This document shows positions 1 to 11,745 of a stretch of DNA of 64,000 nt, piece after piece. The notes beneath the pieces are model-generated. The model saw only the letters and a program-made list of their open reading frames with translations, searched no databases and had not been told where the DNA came from. The position numbers were made by a program, and so were the translations under genes. The first letter of the stretch is position 1; every line of letters begins with the position of its first letter. The stretch lies in NCBI GenBank assembly GCA_963747595.1, contig CAVVFO010000002.1:1227508-1291507 (forward strand). Reading direction: 5' to 3'. The stretch comes from an uncultured Gammaproteobacteria bacterium (lineage in GTDB: Bacteria; Pseudomonadota; Gammaproteobacteria; Xanthomonadales; Rhodanobacteraceae).

Positions 1-696
1 GACCGCAAGGCGATCTCCGGCGATGCCGCCAAACGCCTGGACGCCTTGGCCTCGATGGAAGAACTGGGCGCGGGCTTCACCCTGGCCACGCACGACCTGG
101 AAATCCGCGGCGCTGGCGAACTGCTGGGCGATGAGCAATCCGGACAGATCCAGGAAGTGGGCTTCGGCCTCTACAACGAATTGCTGGACCGCGCCGTGCG
201 CGCGCTGAAGAGCGGCAAGCTGCCGGATTTCGATCTCACCAGCGATCACGAGACCGATGTCGCCCTGCACCTGCCGGCGCTGATCCCGGATGACTACCTG
301 CCCGACGTGCACGCGCGCCTGACCCTCTACAAGCGCATCGCCAGCGCCCGCGACGAAGACGCGCTGCGCGAACTGCAGGTGGAAATGATCGACCGCTTCG
401 GCCTGCTTCCGGATGCGGTAAAGAACCTGTTCACGCTCACCGAGCTGAAACTCAAGGCCACGCCGCTGGGCATCCGCAAACTGGAATTCGGCCCCACCGG
501 CGGCCGCGTGCTGTTCCGCGAAGAGCCGTCCATCGACCCCACCGCCATCATCCGCCTGATCCAGACCCAGCCGCGCGTCTACAAACTCGACGGCCAGGAC
601 AAGCTGAAGATTTCCCTGGAGCTGCCCGGCGCCACCGAACGCATCCGCAGCGCCCGCGAGCTGCTCGAGACGCTGGCCACGCGCAAGGCCGCCTGA
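1..696 (+). CDS. mfd: Transcription-repair coupling factor Mfd, C-terminal part (5' truncated by window edge)
   Basis: LGAGFTLATHDLEIRGAGELLGDEQSGQI motif followed by TRCF domain (YLPDVHARLTLYKRIA); frame open from base 1. Confidence 0.97.
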   Translation, partial: DRKAISGDAAKRLDALASMEELGAGFTLATHDLEIRGAGELLGDEQSGQIQEVGFGLYNELLDRAVRALKSGKLPDFDLTSDHETDVALHLPALIPDDYLPDVHARLTLYKRIASARDEDALRELQVEMIDRFGLLPDAVKNLFTLTELKLKATPLGIRKLEFGPTGGRVLFREEPSIDPTAIIRLIQTQPRVYKLDGQDKLKISLELPGATERIRSARELLETLATRKAA

Positions 697-813
697 ACCG
701 GATCGCAGACCGAGGGTGAGGAGCGGATTGGTCGTGGAGACAAGACATCGGATTCAACTCCGATTGGGACATTCCTTGCCACGATGGCCTCCCCATCATC
801 GCGAGGACACACC

Positions 814-1308
814 ATGAAACTCGAAGGCTCCTGTCATTGCGGTCGCGTGCGTTTCACCTGCGAATCCAGCACTCCGGTTCCCTTCATGCGCTGCTACTGC
901 TCGATCTGCCGCAAGACCGCCGGCACCGGCGGTTACGCCATCAACCTGGGTGCGGACGCCAACTCCATGCAGGTCACGGGACGCGAGCATCTGTCGATCT
1001 ACCACGCCGAGATCGAGGAGGACGGCAAGCGCCGCACCAGTTCCGGTCAGCGTCATTTCTGCAAGCACTGCGGCAGTGCACTGTGGCTGTACGACCCGGA
1101 CTGGCCCGAGCTGATCCACCCGCATGCGTCGGCCATCGATACACCGCTGCCCGTCCCGCCCGAGCGCGTGCATATCCTGCTGGATTCCAAGGCCAACTGG
1201 GTGCAGGTGCCGGAAGGCCCCAATGAAAAGAAGTTCCAGCACTATCCCGATGAATCGCTGGCCGACTGGCACCAACGGCACGGGTTGTCCGATGCCAAAG
1301 CCCCGTGA
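814..1308 (+). CDS. GFA/CENP-V family Zn-binding protein
   Basis: LEGSCHCG, CYCSICRK and RHFCKHCGS Cys motifs; GAGG RBS before ATG 814. Confidence 0.9.
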   Translation: MKLEGSCHCGRVRFTCESSTPVPFMRCYCSICRKTAGTGGYAINLGADANSMQVTGREHLSIYHAEIEEDGKRRTSSGQRHFCKHCGSALWLYDPDWPELIHPHASAIDTPLPVPPERVHILLDSKANWVQVPEGPNEKKFQHYPDESLADWHQRHGLSDAKAP

Positions 1309-1333
1309 TGCAAGCTACGGCCACACTTCTCAC

Positions 1334-1440
1334 GTAGGGCGGACCAAGGAGCATCAGCGACGGATCCGCCTGCTTGCGTGGGCTCACAAACATCACCGCA
1401 AGCAGGCGGCTCCGTCCCTTCGGTCCTTGAGCCACCCTGC
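1334..1440. repeat. GTAG-type REP inverted doublet (REPIN-like), copy 1
   Basis: GTAGGGCGGACCAAGG...GACGGATCCGCCTGCTTGC (1334-1377) faces inverted arm GCAAGCAGGCGGCTCCGTC...CCTTGAGCCACCCTGC (1398-1440), between convergent genes; same family at 31.2-31.4 kb and 32.5-32.7 kb. Confidence 0.85.
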
Positions 1441-1460
1441 TTTGCGTATTGATCCCGGCC

Positions 1461-2840
1461 TCAACCCAGCGCACGCACCCGGAAATTGCGCCCCTTGATG
1501 CGTCCCTCACGCAGACGCTGCAACGCCTTGTTGGCCAATGCGCGGCTGATCGCCACATAGGCGCGGGTGGCGAACACGTCGATCTTGCCCACGTCGCCCG
1601 CCTTCAGGCCGGCATCGCCCGTCAGCGCGCCGAGGATGTCGCCGGGGCGCAGTTTGTCCTGCCGGCCGGCGTCGATCACCAGCGTTTTCATGGGCGCCAG
1701 ATGCAGGACCTTGCCGCCGGCAGCAGCGACCTTCAGCGGCCGCCACGGCAGCGGCGCGCCCTGCATCTCGCCGATGCTTTCGGCCCTGGCCCGTTCGCGC
1801 GACGTGCACAGCGTGATGGCCACGCCGGCTTGCCCGGCGCGTCCCGTACGACCGATGCGATGCGTATGCGTCTGCGGGTCGTGCGGCACGTCGTAGCTGA
1901 GCACCAGCGGCAAGCTGGCAATGTCCAGACCGCGCGCGGCCACGTCGGTGGCGACCAGCACCGCGCAACTGCGGTTGGCAAAACGCACCAGCACCTCGTC
2001 ACGGTCGCGCTGGTCCTTGTCGCCGTGCAAGGCCAGCGCGGAAAACCCGCGGCGATCCAGCTCCTCTGCCACCACATCGACATCGCGACGCATGTTGCAG
2101 AAGACCAGGGCATGCTCCGCGTGTGCATGGCCCAGAAGCTGCGCCAGCGCGTCCATCTTTCGCGCCGGTTCCACTTCATGGAAGCGTTGCTCGATCGCTG
2201 GCGCTGCATCGGCCGGCGCATCCACCGTCACCTCGAGCGGATCGCGTTGCAGGCGCTGGCTCGCCACGCGGATCTCCTGCGGATACGTGGCCGAGAACAG
2301 CAGCGTCTGATGGTGTTTGGCGATGCGCCCCACGATGTCGTCGATGACCTCACCGAACCCCATGTCCAGCATGCGGTCCGCCTCGTCCAGCACCAGCACC
2401 CTGATGCCGCCGCCATGCAGGCTGCCGCGCTTGAGGTGTTCCTGCACGCGGCCAGGCGTGCCCACCACGATGTGCGGATCATGCGTCAGCGACGCCAACT
2501 GCGGCCCCAGGGGCATGCCGCCGCACAGCGTCAGCAACTTCACGTTGGGAATGTTGGCCGCCAGCTTGCGCAGCGCCTTGCTGACCTGGTCGGCCAGTTC
2601 CCGCGTGGGGCAGAGCACCAGCGCCTGCAGCCGGATGCTGGCGACATCCAGTACCTGCAGCAATCCCAGGCCAAATGCCGCGGTCTTGCCGCTGCCGGTC
2701 TGCGCCTGCGCGATCACGTCGCGCCCCGCCAGCAGCGGCGGCAGGCTCCGCGCCTGCACCGGCGTCATCTTCGCATAGCCAAGCGATTCGACGCTGGCCA
2801 ACAGCTCGGGTTTCAATGGCAATGAAGCAAATTCAGTCAT
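1461..2840 (-). CDS. dbpA: ATP-dependent RNA helicase DbpA
   Basis: Q motif, AQTGSGKT, PTRELA, DEAD, SAT, HRIGRTGRAG and C-terminal DbpA RNA-binding domain (LRPGDILGALTG). Confidence 0.93.
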   Translation of the reverse strand: MTEFASLPLKPELLASVESLGYAKMTPVQARSLPPLLAGRDVIAQAQTGSGKTAAFGLGLLQVLDVASIRLQALVLCPTRELADQVSKALRKLAANIPNVKLLTLCGGMPLGPQLASLTHDPHIVVGTPGRVQEHLKRGSLHGGGIRVLVLDEADRMLDMGFGEVIDDIVGRIAKHHQTLLFSATYPQEIRVASQRLQRDPLEVTVDAPADAAPAIEQRFHEVEPARKMDALAQLLGHAHAEHALVFCNMRRDVDVVAEELDRRGFSALALHGDKDQRDRDEVLVRFANRSCAVLVATDVAARGLDIASLPLVLSYDVPHDPQTHTHRIGRTGRAGQAGVAITLCTSRERARAESIGEMQGAPLPWRPLKVAAAGGKVLHLAPMKTLVIDAGRQDKLRPGDILGALTGDAGLKAGDVGKIDVFATRAYVAISRALANKALQRLREGRIKGRNFRVRALG

Positions 2841-3170
2841 GACACATGATCGCATTTATCGTCCCGCACAGGAGCCGCCATCGGCGAAAAATCGCGCCAA
2901 CATCCAGACAATCGAAGACATTGCCATGCGCGAATGGTCGTAGCTGGACCTACGAACACGCTGGCATGCCCGGGCCGGGACTTGCCGGTCCACCGAACAA
3001 GCGTGGCCCACGTGCATCCACGCCAGCGCCGGCGCCACGGCGCCCCCGGGCCGCGACTTCGGCAGCGCTTCCTGCTGATTCAACCTGCCAGCCGTGATCC
3101 GCAGACATTGCCGAGGCGCAGGGAGTTCATCTGGCCGGAAACAGCTGAAGACTCCTGCCTCGGTCGGCCC

Positions 3171-3788
3171 TCAAAGGCTTCTGCTTGCCCAACGACGGAC
3201 GCGGCGACGCTGCCACCAGCGATTCAGTTGCAGCGTGTCGATGCTGGTCGGTGCTATCAGGTCCCGATTTTTTCCGTCGAACCTGAACGTGCGCTGCGCG
3301 GCACCGATACTTGCTGATGGGCCATAGAAGCTGATTACCGTGATTTCAACGCTGTTTACCTGCGTTGCACGGTCGTCGTGTTCCTCTCCGCGGTCTTGAT
3401 TTCTACTGGCCTTGATCACCATCTCCCTGAACGTACCGATCTTCATTTCCCCGCTGGAGTCAAGCGGCCCCCGCGAGATCTTGGCATTTTCTTTCTGACT
3501 GTGGTCCGTCATGTCACCAAAAAAAGCCACTGAATTCAGCTTTTCCCCGTTATCTGTATATAAGCTCAGGATAATCTCCTGCACATAAATGGCCTCCCTG
3601 CTCATATTGCTGATGACGCAATCTGCCTGCGAAGCACGTCCTGCGCCCACGTCAATGATCACCAGGGACGAGCGCTGCCGACGGAAGCCCGCCACCAGGA
3701 TATTTGCGTAAAAAATCCAGAACACCAACGTGAATATGTTGACGACGACATTTATGATCGAAACATGGTCCGAGATCCACTGAAACAT
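3171..3788 (-). CDS. Hypothetical membrane-anchored protein, AT-richer than flanks
   Basis: 205-aa ORF from ATG 3788 with N-terminal hydrophobic helix (IINVVVNIFTLVFWIFYANILVAGF) followed by RRQR. Confidence 0.7.
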   Translation of the reverse strand: MFQWISDHVSIINVVVNIFTLVFWIFYANILVAGFRRQRSSLVIIDVGAGRASQADCVISNMSREAIYVQEIILSLYTDNGEKLNSVAFFGDMTDHSQKENAKISRGPLDSSGEMKIGTFREMVIKASRNQDRGEEHDDRATQVNSVEITVISFYGPSASIGAAQRTFRFDGKNRDLIAPTSIDTLQLNRWWQRRRVRRWASRSL

Positions 3789-4261
3789 CGATGAACCCAC
3801 CCAATCAGAAAAATGCCGCGAAGGAAAACCCGGACTCATGGAGGCATGAAAATAAAGCCGATGGCAGTTTTCCAGTCGTCATGCCCACCCGGTGTACATG
3901 GGCCCGCAGCCATCGATCAACCTCCCAGGGCTTCACCGGGTAGCCGAGCAGCGCGCCCCCAGGTCAAGTCAAGGTCGACACCAGAAGATCGATGTTTTCG
4001 AGCGCCACATGCCACCTGATAACGCATCATGCCATGGCGTGCGTCGGCGAGGCGTGGACGCTTGTCATGGAGATCCATGAGCAGGCCGGGAGGATTGAAT
4101 CTGGTTGTTTTCCGGCCCCCATATCGACTATTCCCTTCGTCGCGGGCCATCATGAACACCGCGGGACACAAGGGAATTGCCCTCGATCCCCGGGGCGAAC
4201 GGGTGTTGAGGTTGTCCGATCAGCAGGGGAGTCTGCAGCTGCGGGTGCCCGAAGGGCGCGG

Positions 4262-5416
4262 TCAGCCCTGCATACGCGCGCAGATCGCCAGATACAGCTC
4301 CGGCAGGCGCTCCAGGTCGGCCACGGCGATGCATTCGTCCAGCTTGTGGATGGTGGCGTTGACGGGGCCCAGCTCCACCACTTCCACGCCCAGCGGGGCG
4401 ATGAAGCGGCCGTCGGAGGTACCGCCACCTGTGCTTTGTTCCGGGTCGTTGCCGGTGAACTCGTTGCATACGGCAACGACGGTTTCGCGCAGTTTGCCAT
4501 CCGGCGGGGACAGGAATGGATGGCCCGAGTCGTGCCAGTGGATGTGCCAGTTCAGGCCGTGGCACTCGAAGATCGCTTCGGTGCGCTGGCGCAGGTCCTG
4601 CGCGGTGCTGGCGGTGCTGTAGCGGAAGTTGAACAGCGCTTCCAGCGCGCCGGGAATGATGTTGTTGGCGCCGGTGCCGGCGTGGATGTTGGAGACCTGC
4701 AGCGAGGTCGGGGGGAATTCGCATTCTGAATCAGCGCCTTCCGCGTCGACAGCGTCCCAGCGTTCGGCGATCAGTTCGGCCAGCGCGGGCGCGAGAGCGT
4801 GGATGGGGTTGTGGGCGTTGGCCGGATAGGCAACGTGGCCCTGCACGCCGCGCACGGTAAGTGTGGCCGAAAGCGAGCCGCGACGGCCGACGCGAATCAG
4901 GTCGCCCAGCGTCTCTTTGGCCGACGGCTCACCGACCACACACCAGTCCAGGCGTTCGTCGCGCTCGCGAAAGGCATCAGCAACCTTGCGCACTCCATCG
5001 ATGGCGTCGCCTTCCTCGTCGCTGGTCAGCAGCAGCGCGACCCGGCCGGAGTGATCCGGATGCGCGGCGACGAAGGCTTCCAGCGCCACCACCATGGCGG
5101 CGACGCTGCCTTTCATGTCGGCGGCGCCACGTCCGTAGAGCATGCCGTCACGAATGTCGGGTTCGAATGGGGGCGAGGTCCAGCTTTCCTCCGGGCCACT
5201 GGGTACGACGTCGGTATGACCCAGGAAAACCAGAGTCGGCGCATCATCCGCTCCGTGTGTGGCCCACAGGTTGTCGACTCCGCCGTAGCGCAGATGCTCC
5301 ACGACAAATCCGGCACGCTGCAGCCGGTCGGCAATCAGCTGCTGGCAGCCGGCATCGTCGGGCGTCACTGAGCGGCGACGCATCAGGTCCAGCGTGAGGC
5401 CGAGGACATTGGACAT
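4262..5416 (-). CDS. dapE: Succinyl-diaminopimelate desuccinylase
   Basis: [41 protein letters not shown]20 motifs; next to dapD. Confidence 0.96.
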   Translation of the reverse strand: MSNVLGLTLDLMRRRSVTPDDAGCQQLIADRLQRAGFVVEHLRYGGVDNLWATHGADDAPTLVFLGHTDVVPSGPEESWTSPPFEPDIRDGMLYGRGAADMKGSVAAMVVALEAFVAAHPDHSGRVALLLTSDEEGDAIDGVRKVADAFRERDERLDWCVVGEPSAKETLGDLIRVGRRGSLSATLTVRGVQGHVAYPANAHNPIHALAPALAELIAERWDAVDAEGADSECEFPPTSLQVSNIHAGTGANNIIPGALEALFNFRYSTASTAQDLRQRTEAIFECHGLNWHIHWHDSGHPFLSPPDGKLRETVVAVCNEFTGNDPEQSTGGGTSDGRFIAPLGVEVVELGPVNATIHKLDECIAVADLERLPELYLAICARMQG

Positions 5417-5539
5417 GGTCGGATCGGTCATGTTTGAAAGCCACACTGTCGCACGAGTATTCGCCGGCGCGTGAGCAGCACTGCGGCACAGAACGAGGCA
5501 CGATCGGTTTGGCGAACGATGCCCACCCTGCGCGCCGCA

Positions 5540-5896
5540 TCAGATGCCGAAACGCTTCTTGAAGCCGTTGTCGCTGAAACCGACGCTGATGCTGCCATCG
5601 TCCTGTTGCACCACGGGCCGGCGCACCAGGGCGGGGTGCTCCTTGATCAGCAATGTCCACTCCGGATCGCTGCCGGGATTCTTGCGCTGCGGCAGCAGGT
5701 TGCGCCAGGTGGTGGAGGACTTGTTGATGAGTTTCTCCCAGCCACCGGCCTGCGCGGCCCAGTCCTTCAATGTGGCTGCGGGCACCGGCACGGCTCGGTA
5801 GTCGACAAATTCGTAATCGACATCGAAACGGTCCAGCCACTTGCGCGCCTTGCGGCAGGTGTCGCAGGTCTTCAGGCCATAAAGCGTCACGGTCAT
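5540..5896 (-). CDS. ArsC/Spx/MgsR (YffB-like) family protein
   Basis: [16 protein letters not shown] and HPALVRRPV motifs; usual position between dapD and dapE. Confidence 0.9.
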   Translation of the reverse strand: MTVTLYGLKTCDTCRKARKWLDRFDVDYEFVDYRAVPVPAATLKDWAAQAGGWEKLINKSSTTWRNLLPQRKNPGSDPEWTLLIKEHPALVRRPVVQQDDGSISVGFSDNGFKKRFGI

Positions 5897-6720
5897 TGCG
5901 CACTCCGCAACAATGCATTGATGCCGGTCTTGGAACGGGTTTTCTCGTCGACCTTCTTGACAATGACGGCGGCGTACAGGCTGTGGGTGCCGTCACTGGA
6001 CGGCAGGTTGCCCGCAACCACCACGCTGCCGGCGGGGATGCGACCGTAACTGATTTCGCCCGTGGCGCGGTCGTAGATGCGCGTGGACTGCCCGAGGAAC
6101 ACGCCCATGCCGATGACGCTGCCCTTTTCCACCACCACGCCCTCGACCACTTCCGAGCGTGCGCCGATGAAGCAGTTGTCCTCGATGATGGTGGGGTTGG
6201 CCTGCAGCGGTTCCAGCACGCCGCCGATGCCGACGCCTCCGGACAGGTGCACATGCGCGCCGATCTGCGCACAGGAGCCGACCGTGGCCCAGGTATCGAC
6301 CATGCTGCCGGGCCCCACGTGCGCGCCGATATTGACATAACTGGGCATCAGGACCGCGTCATGCGCCACGTGCGCGCCGCGGCGCACCAGCGCACCGGGC
6401 ACCACGCGCATGCCGGCGGACTCGAATTCGGCCTGATTGCCGGCGGTGAAACGCAACGGCACCTTGTCGAATGCAGCAGACGGGCCACCGTCCATGACCC
6501 GGTTGGCGTTGATGCGGAAATACAGGAGCACGGCTTTTTTCAGCCACTCGTGCACCTGCCAAGCGCCGTCGGCGTCGGGTTCGGCGACACGTGCCTGGCC
6601 TGACTCCAGTTGGTCCAGAGCCTCATCGATACTGCGGCGCAACGCATCGTCGACCGCGCTCGGGTTCAGGTCGGCGCGGCGTTCCCACGCGGCATTGATG
6701 GTGGTTTCAAGCGTTGGCAT
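5893..6720 (-). CDS. dapD: Tetrahydrodipicolinate N-succinyltransferase
   Basis: [53 protein letters not shown]. Confidence 0.97.
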   Translation of the reverse strand: MPTLETTINAAWERRADLNPSAVDDALRRSIDEALDQLESGQARVAEPDADGAWQVHEWLKKAVLLYFRINANRVMDGGPSAAFDKVPLRFTAGNQAEFESAGMRVVPGALVRRGAHVAHDAVLMPSYVNIGAHVGPGSMVDTWATVGSCAQIGAHVHLSGGVGIGGVLEPLQANPTIIEDNCFIGARSEVVEGVVVEKGSVIGMGVFLGQSTRIYDRATGEISYGRIPAGSVVVAGNLPSSDGTHSLYAAVIVKKVDEKTRSKTGINALLRSAQ

Positions 6721-9385
6721 GCATATCCTTTTGGGCAGGTCCGCCGATACGTTTCTCCAGCACCTCGCGCAGCGTCTGCTGCAACGCCTCGGACAGCGGC
6801 TGGTCGTGCGGGTCGGTTATCTGGAAAAAGTCTTCCACGCGCTCGCCGAAGGTGGCGATGCGCGCATCATGCACACGCACACCGGCTTCGACAAATGATT
6901 GCGCCACGGCAGCCAGCAGACCGGGCCGATCGCTGCACACCAAGGCCATCTGGGTACGCGCGGCGGCCTGATCCTGGGTGTAGGCCACGTGCGGCTGCAT
7001 CTGGAAATGGCGCAGCTGGCGCGACAGCCCGCGCTGGGTGGGTTGGGCACATTCGGGGTTCTGCAGCGCTTCGGCGAGACGCGCGCGCAGTTGTTCGGCG
7101 CGGTCCAGACTGGCGGGTTCCTGTGTCTCCGATTCCAGCAGCAGGAACGTATCCAGTGCCATGCCGGTGCGCGAGTTCAGGATGCGTGCCTCGACCACGG
7201 AAAAACGCAGCCGGTCCAGCACGGCGGTGACGGTGGCGAACAGGCCATCGCGATCCGGTGCGTAGACGAACACCTCGGTGCTGCCGCGCACGGAAAACGG
7301 ATGCACATCGACCAGCGGTGGCGCGTGGCCTGCGGCCAGCACCGCACGCGTCTGCCAGGCGATCTGTTCGGCGCGGTGACGCAGGAAACTCAGATCCGGG
7401 AAGTCCGACCACACATGCGCGACCGCATCGGCATCGAACCCATCGTCCACCAGCAGGGCCAGGGCCCGCTCGCGGCAGGCGCGCACGCGCGCATCGGCGC
7501 GCAGCGGCAAGGCCAGATCCGAGCGCAGCGCATAACGTGCGGCCACATACAGATCCGCCAGCAGGCGATCCTTCCAGGCGTTCCACAGTTTCGGGCTGGT
7601 GCCGATGATGTCGGCCACGGTAAGCAGGTACAGGTGATCCAGGTGCTCCCAGTCGCCGACTTCGGTGGCGAACCGGTGCACCACGTCGGGATCGGTGATG
7701 TCCTGCCGCTGGGCCGTGGTACTCATCATCAGATGCCAGCGCACCAGCCACGTGACCAGCGCGATATCGTCCTCGGGCAGGCCCAGCCGCGTGCAGAATT
7801 CGCGCGCGTCGGCTTCGCCCAGCACCGAGTGATCGCCGCCGCGACCCTTGGCGATATCGTGGAACAGGCCGGCCAGCAGCAGCAACTCGTGCTTGTCCAG
7901 CGAATGCCAGATCTCGCAGCCCAGCGGAAAATCGCGGCGCGCCTCCGGCTCCTCGAAGCGGGCCAGATTGCGCATCACCCGCAGGGTGTGTTCGTCCACG
8001 GTGTAGACATGGAACAGGTCGTACTGCATGCGCCCCACCACACGTCCGAACGGTGGCAGCACGGCCGCCAGCAGGCCGAAGCGGTTCATGCTCCACAGCG
8101 CACCGACGCAGGCGCCGCCGCGCCTGAGCAGCCCCAGGAAGGCCTGCAGCACGTCCGCATCCTCGGACATGCGTTCGCCCAGCGCGGCACCGGCCTGCTG
8201 GATGCGGCGCATGGTCTCGGCGGTGAAGCCGATCAGCTCGGTATGCTCCACGCGCAGGATGAAGGCCTCGATCAACGCCGCGGGGCGTTTCAGGAACAGA
8301 TCGGGATCCTTCGGCTGCATGCGTCGCCCCAGGCGCATGAAATCATCGGTCAGCGGCTGCGGCTCGGCATCCGGTTCCAGCAACTCCTCGAAACGCTCGC
8401 CCAGCTGCACACCGAGGCGCTCGATCACGGTGGCGGCACGATAATACCCCTGCATGAACTGCTCCACGCCGAGATTGCGCTCATGCTCGTCGACAAAGCC
8501 CATGCGCGTGGCCAGCGAGCGCTGATAGTCGAACAGCAGGCGCTCCTCGGCACGACCGGCCTCCAGATGCAGCGCGAAACGGTAGCGCCGCAGCGTATGC
8601 TCGGCCTCGGCCAGGGCCTCGCGTTCGGCCGGATCGAGCAGGCCTTCATCAGCCATGGCGTCGAAGCCGACCACCCCGGCCACGCGCCTTGCCAGCCAGC
8701 GCAACTGGTCCAGCGTGCGCATGCCGCCGGGGCCGTCCTTGATGTGCGGCTCCAGGTTGTGCGCGGTGTCGTCGTGGCGCGCATGGCGCCGCGCCTGTTC
8801 GGCCTGCTTGGCGGCGAGAAATTCGGCAGGGGGCCACAGTTCGCCGTCGTGCACGATGGCGTGCAGTGCCTCGACCTGTTCCGCGTCGCCCGCCAGGCAG
8901 CGCGCATCCAGCAAACTGGTGAACACGCTCACGTCCTCGGCGGCCAGGCTGCGGCACTGCGCGGCATCGCGCACCGCGTGGCCAGGCTTGAGGCCCAGAT
9001 CCCACAGACAGGCGAAAAACCGCTCGAGCGCGCGCGATTGCCGGCGTCCGGCCGCGGGCGTGACCAGCACCAGAAGATCCACATCGGAACGGGGAAACAG
9101 CAGACCCCGCCCGAAGCCGCCGACAGCGAACAACGCGCAACCTGCCGGCGCGCCCAGACAGGCACGCCATATATGCACCACCACGCGTTCGATCACGTCG
9201 CTGCGTCGATGCACCAGCGCACGTACGTCGGCGCCGCCGGCAAAGGCCGCTGCAAGCCCGCGTTCGGCATCCCCCAACAGCTGGCGCAGCGCCCGCAGGG
9301 CATCCGCCGACACGCCCGAGCGCGGCACTGCCACAGGCAGGCGCGGCAGGCGAGGGATGGGAGAGACGTGAGGGCGCAAGTTCAT
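6707..9385 (-). CDS. glnD: [Protein-PII] uridylyltransferase
   Basis: [13 protein letters not shown] nucleotidyltransferase motif, [10 protein letters not shown] domain ([22 protein letters not shown]), two ACT domains. Confidence 0.96.
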   Translation of the reverse strand: MNLRPHVSPIPRLPRLPVAVPRSGVSADALRALRQLLGDAERGLAAAFAGGADVRALVHRRSDVIERVVVHIWRACLGAPAGCALFAVGGFGRGLLFPRSDVDLLVLVTPAAGRRQSRALERFFACLWDLGLKPGHAVRDAAQCRSLAAEDVSVFTSLLDARCLAGDAEQVEALHAIVHDGELWPPAEFLAAKQAEQARRHARHDDTAHNLEPHIKDGPGGMRTLDQLRWLARRVAGVVGFDAMADEGLLDPAEREALAEAEHTLRRYRFALHLEAGRAEERLLFDYQRSLATRMGFVDEHERNLGVEQFMQGYYRAATVIERLGVQLGERFEELLEPDAEPQPLTDDFMRLGRRMQPKDPDLFLKRPAALIEAFILRVEHTELIGFTAETMRRIQQAGAALGERMSEDADVLQAFLGLLRRGGACVGALWSMNRFGLLAAVLPPFGRVVGRMQYDLFHVYTVDEHTLRVMRNLARFEEPEARRDFPLGCEIWHSLDKHELLLLAGLFHDIAKGRGGDHSVLGEADAREFCTRLGLPEDDIALVTWLVRWHLMMSTTAQRQDITDPDVVHRFATEVGDWEHLDHLYLLTVADIIGTSPKLWNAWKDRLLADLYVAARYALRSDLALPLRADARVRACRERALALLVDDGFDADAVAHVWSDFPDLSFLRHRAEQIAWQTRAVLAAGHAPPLVDVHPFSVRGSTEVFVYAPDRDGLFATVTAVLDRLRFSVVEARILNSRTGMALDTFLLLESETQEPASLDRAEQLRARLAEALQNPECAQPTQRGLSRQLRHFQMQPHVAYTQDQAAARTQMALVCSDRPGLLAAVAQSFVEAGVRVHDARIATFGERVEDFFQITDPHDQPLSEALQQTLREVLEKRIGGPAQKDMHANA

Positions 9386-9505
9386 GAGGCAGAAGCAGGT
9401 TGAGGGAGGTGAGAAAACAGCAGGAGCGGTCAGCGGCCACCATCGGGAGCATGGCACGTCACCGCATGTGTCTCTTTCCCCACTCCTGCACGCTCAACTC
9501 CGCTT

Positions 9506-10273
9506 TCATGCGGCATCCGGCCACGGCGTGAGGATTTCAAAGCCGTCATCGGTGACCACCAGCGTATGTTCCCACTGCGCCGACAACGAATGATCCTTGG
9601 TCACCACGGTCCAGCCATCTGGCAGGGAGCGCGTATGGCGCTTGCCGGCGTTGATCATCGGCTCCACGGTGAAGGTCATGCCCTTCTCCAGGGTCATGCC
9701 GGTGCCCGGCTTGCCGTAATGCAGCACCTGCGGCTGATCGTGATAGATGGTGCCGATGCCGTGGCCGCAGTACTCGCGCACCACGCTGAACCCGGCCGCC
9801 TCGGCATGGGTCTGGATGGCATGTCCGATATCGCCCAGCGTGGCACCCGGACGCACGGCGCGGATGCCTTCCATCATGGCCTCGTAGGTGGTCTCGCACA
9901 ATCGCCTGGCCAGCACGCCGGGCGTGCCGACGTAGTACATGCGGCTGGTGTCGCCATGCCAGCCATCCTTGATCACGGTGACGTCGCAATTGACAATGTC
10001 GCCGTCCTTGAGCACCTTGCCGGCATTGGGAATGCCGTGGCAGATCACATGGTTGACCGAGGTGCACAGGGTCTTGGTGAAACCGTGATAGCCGATGTTG
10101 GCGGGGACCGCCTTCTGTACATTGACGATGTGATCGTGCGCGATGCGGTCGATCTCCTCGGTGGTCACGCCAGGCTTGATGTGCTCCTTGAGCATGGCCA
10201 GCACTTCGGCGGCCAGGCGGCCAGCCACGCGCATGGATTCGATTTCTGCGGGGGTTTTCGGTGCTGCGGACAT
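9506..10273 (-). CDS. map: Methionine aminopeptidase type I
   Basis: [40 protein letters not shown]. Confidence 0.97.
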   Translation of the reverse strand: MSAAPKTPAEIESMRVAGRLAAEVLAMLKEHIKPGVTTEEIDRIAHDHIVNVQKAVPANIGYHGFTKTLCTSVNHVICHGIPNAGKVLKDGDIVNCDVTVIKDGWHGDTSRMYYVGTPGVLARRLCETTYEAMMEGIRAVRPGATLGDIGHAIQTHAEAAGFSVVREYCGHGIGTIYHDQPQVLHYGKPGTGMTLEKGMTFTVEPMINAGKRHTRSLPDGWTVVTKDHSLSAQWEHTLVVTDDGFEILTPWPDAA

Positions 10274-10358
10274 GGTGCCTTCCAGTACGTGGGGCTGCGG
10301 ATCGTGTCATTCCCGAGATGATGACTGCACCCGGCTTTTTCCAGCCGGATCTGTCAGC

Positions 10359-10388
10359 TTGTCGACGGCATCCACAGCCAGCTATAAT
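10359..10388 (+). promoter_or_regulatory. Putative sigma70 promoter of rpsB-tsf
   Basis: TTGTCG (10359-10364), 18-nt spacer, perfect TATAAT (10383-10388). Confidence 0.55.
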
Positions 10389-10518
10389 TGCGGAGATTTG
10401 TTGCGTCGGAGCATGTTGCAAACGTGCCCGAGCACTCAAGTCGAATGGCGATTGTAACCGCAATGCGGCATACGTCGCTTTCAGGTTCCGCGGGAATGGT
10501 CCCGCAGGCCAAATCAAC

Positions 10519-10606
10519 GACACACACGTATCGGCACCGCCTTCGGGGTGCCCCGCCTGCCACGGCAGCGGGGTCGAAGTCGGGGATGCGTGGAGGTCCC
10601 AACCCC
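10519..10606 (+). ncRNA. rpsB 5' leader (t44 / S2 autoregulatory element)
   Basis: ACACACACGTATCGGCAC...GGGGTGCC...GGGGTCG...GGGATGCGTGGAGG..CAACCCC resembles the enterobacterial rpsB leader; directly upstream of rpsB. Confidence 0.8.
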
Positions 10607-10620
10607 TTCAGGAGAACACC

Positions 10621-11610
10621 ATGCCTCAAGTCACCATGCGCCAGATGCTCGAAGCCGGCGTGCATTTCGGTCATCAGACCCGTTACTGGAACCCGAAGAT
10701 GGCGCCGTACATCTTCGGCGCGCGCGGCAAGATCCACATCGTCAACCTCGAAAAGACGCTGCCGCTGTTCACCGATGCCATGAACTACCTCTCGGGCCTG
10801 GCGCAGAAGCGCGGCACGATCCTGTTCGTGGGCACCAAGCGCGCGGCGCGCGAATCGCTGGCGACCGAGGCCGAGCGCTGTGGCATGCCCTTCGTGGCGG
10901 CACGCTGGCTGGGCGGCATGCTGACCAACTTCCGCACCGTCAAGGGCTCCGTGGCACGGCTCAAGGAGCTGGAAGCGGCCGAAACCGATGGCACCCTGGA
11001 CAAGCTGGTCAAACACGAAGTGCTGACCCTGCGCCGCGAGCGCGAGAAGCTGGAGCGCTCGCTGGGCGGCATCAAGGACATGCCGCGGCTGCCGGATGCG
11101 ATGTTCGTCATCGATATCGGCCACGAGGACATTGCCGTGAAGGAAGCCCGCAAGCTGGGCATCCCGGTGGTCGCCGTGGTCGACACCAACTACGACCCGT
11201 CGCTGGTCGATTACGCCATCCCGGGCAACGACGATGCCATCCGCGCCGTGGCCCTGTATGCGCGTGCCGCGGCCGACGCCATCCTGGAAGGCAAGGCCGC
11301 CTCGCCGAATGCCGCACCGGGCGAGGACGAGTTCGTGGAGCTGGATGCCGATGGCAAGCCGGTGGCCCGCAGCGAGGAGCGCAAGCGCGCTCCGGCCAAG
11401 AAGGCGGCTCCGGCCAAGAAGCCCGCAGCCACCAAACCACCGGCGGCGGAAGAGACCAATCCCGCGCCGCAGGCGCCGGCGGAAGCACCTGTCGATGCCA
11501 AGGCTGAAACGCCTGTGGGCAGCGATGCCGAAGCTCCGAAAAAGTCCGAGGACGTGGCTGCCGCGAAGGTCGAAACACCTGCTGTCGACCGCGCCGCGGC
11601 CGACAAGTAA
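10621..11610 (+). CDS. rpsB: 30S ribosomal protein S2 with long low-complexity C-terminal tail
   Basis: [39 protein letters not shown]; AGGAG RBS. Confidence 0.98.
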   Translation: MPQVTMRQMLEAGVHFGHQTRYWNPKMAPYIFGARGKIHIVNLEKTLPLFTDAMNYLSGLAQKRGTILFVGTKRAARESLATEAERCGMPFVAARWLGGMLTNFRTVKGSVARLKELEAAETDGTLDKLVKHEVLTLRREREKLERSLGGIKDMPRLPDAMFVIDIGHEDIAVKEARKLGIPVVAVVDTNYDPSLVDYAIPGNDDAIRAVALYARAAADAILEGKAASPNAAPGEDEFVELDADGKPVARSEERKRAPAKKAAPAKKPAATKPPAAEETNPAPQAPAEAPVDAKAETPVGSDAEAPKKSEDVAAAKVETPAVDRAAADK

Positions 11611-11745
11611 GCAATCGCATCCGCAGCCGGCGCCGATCCGGCACCGGCTGCGGATGGCACAGCCGTGACACACCCAATTGGCATGCTGTGCCGTGCGCCT
11701 CTTCGTGAGGTGCCTCATCTACATCGAATCAACGAGGATCCCCCC

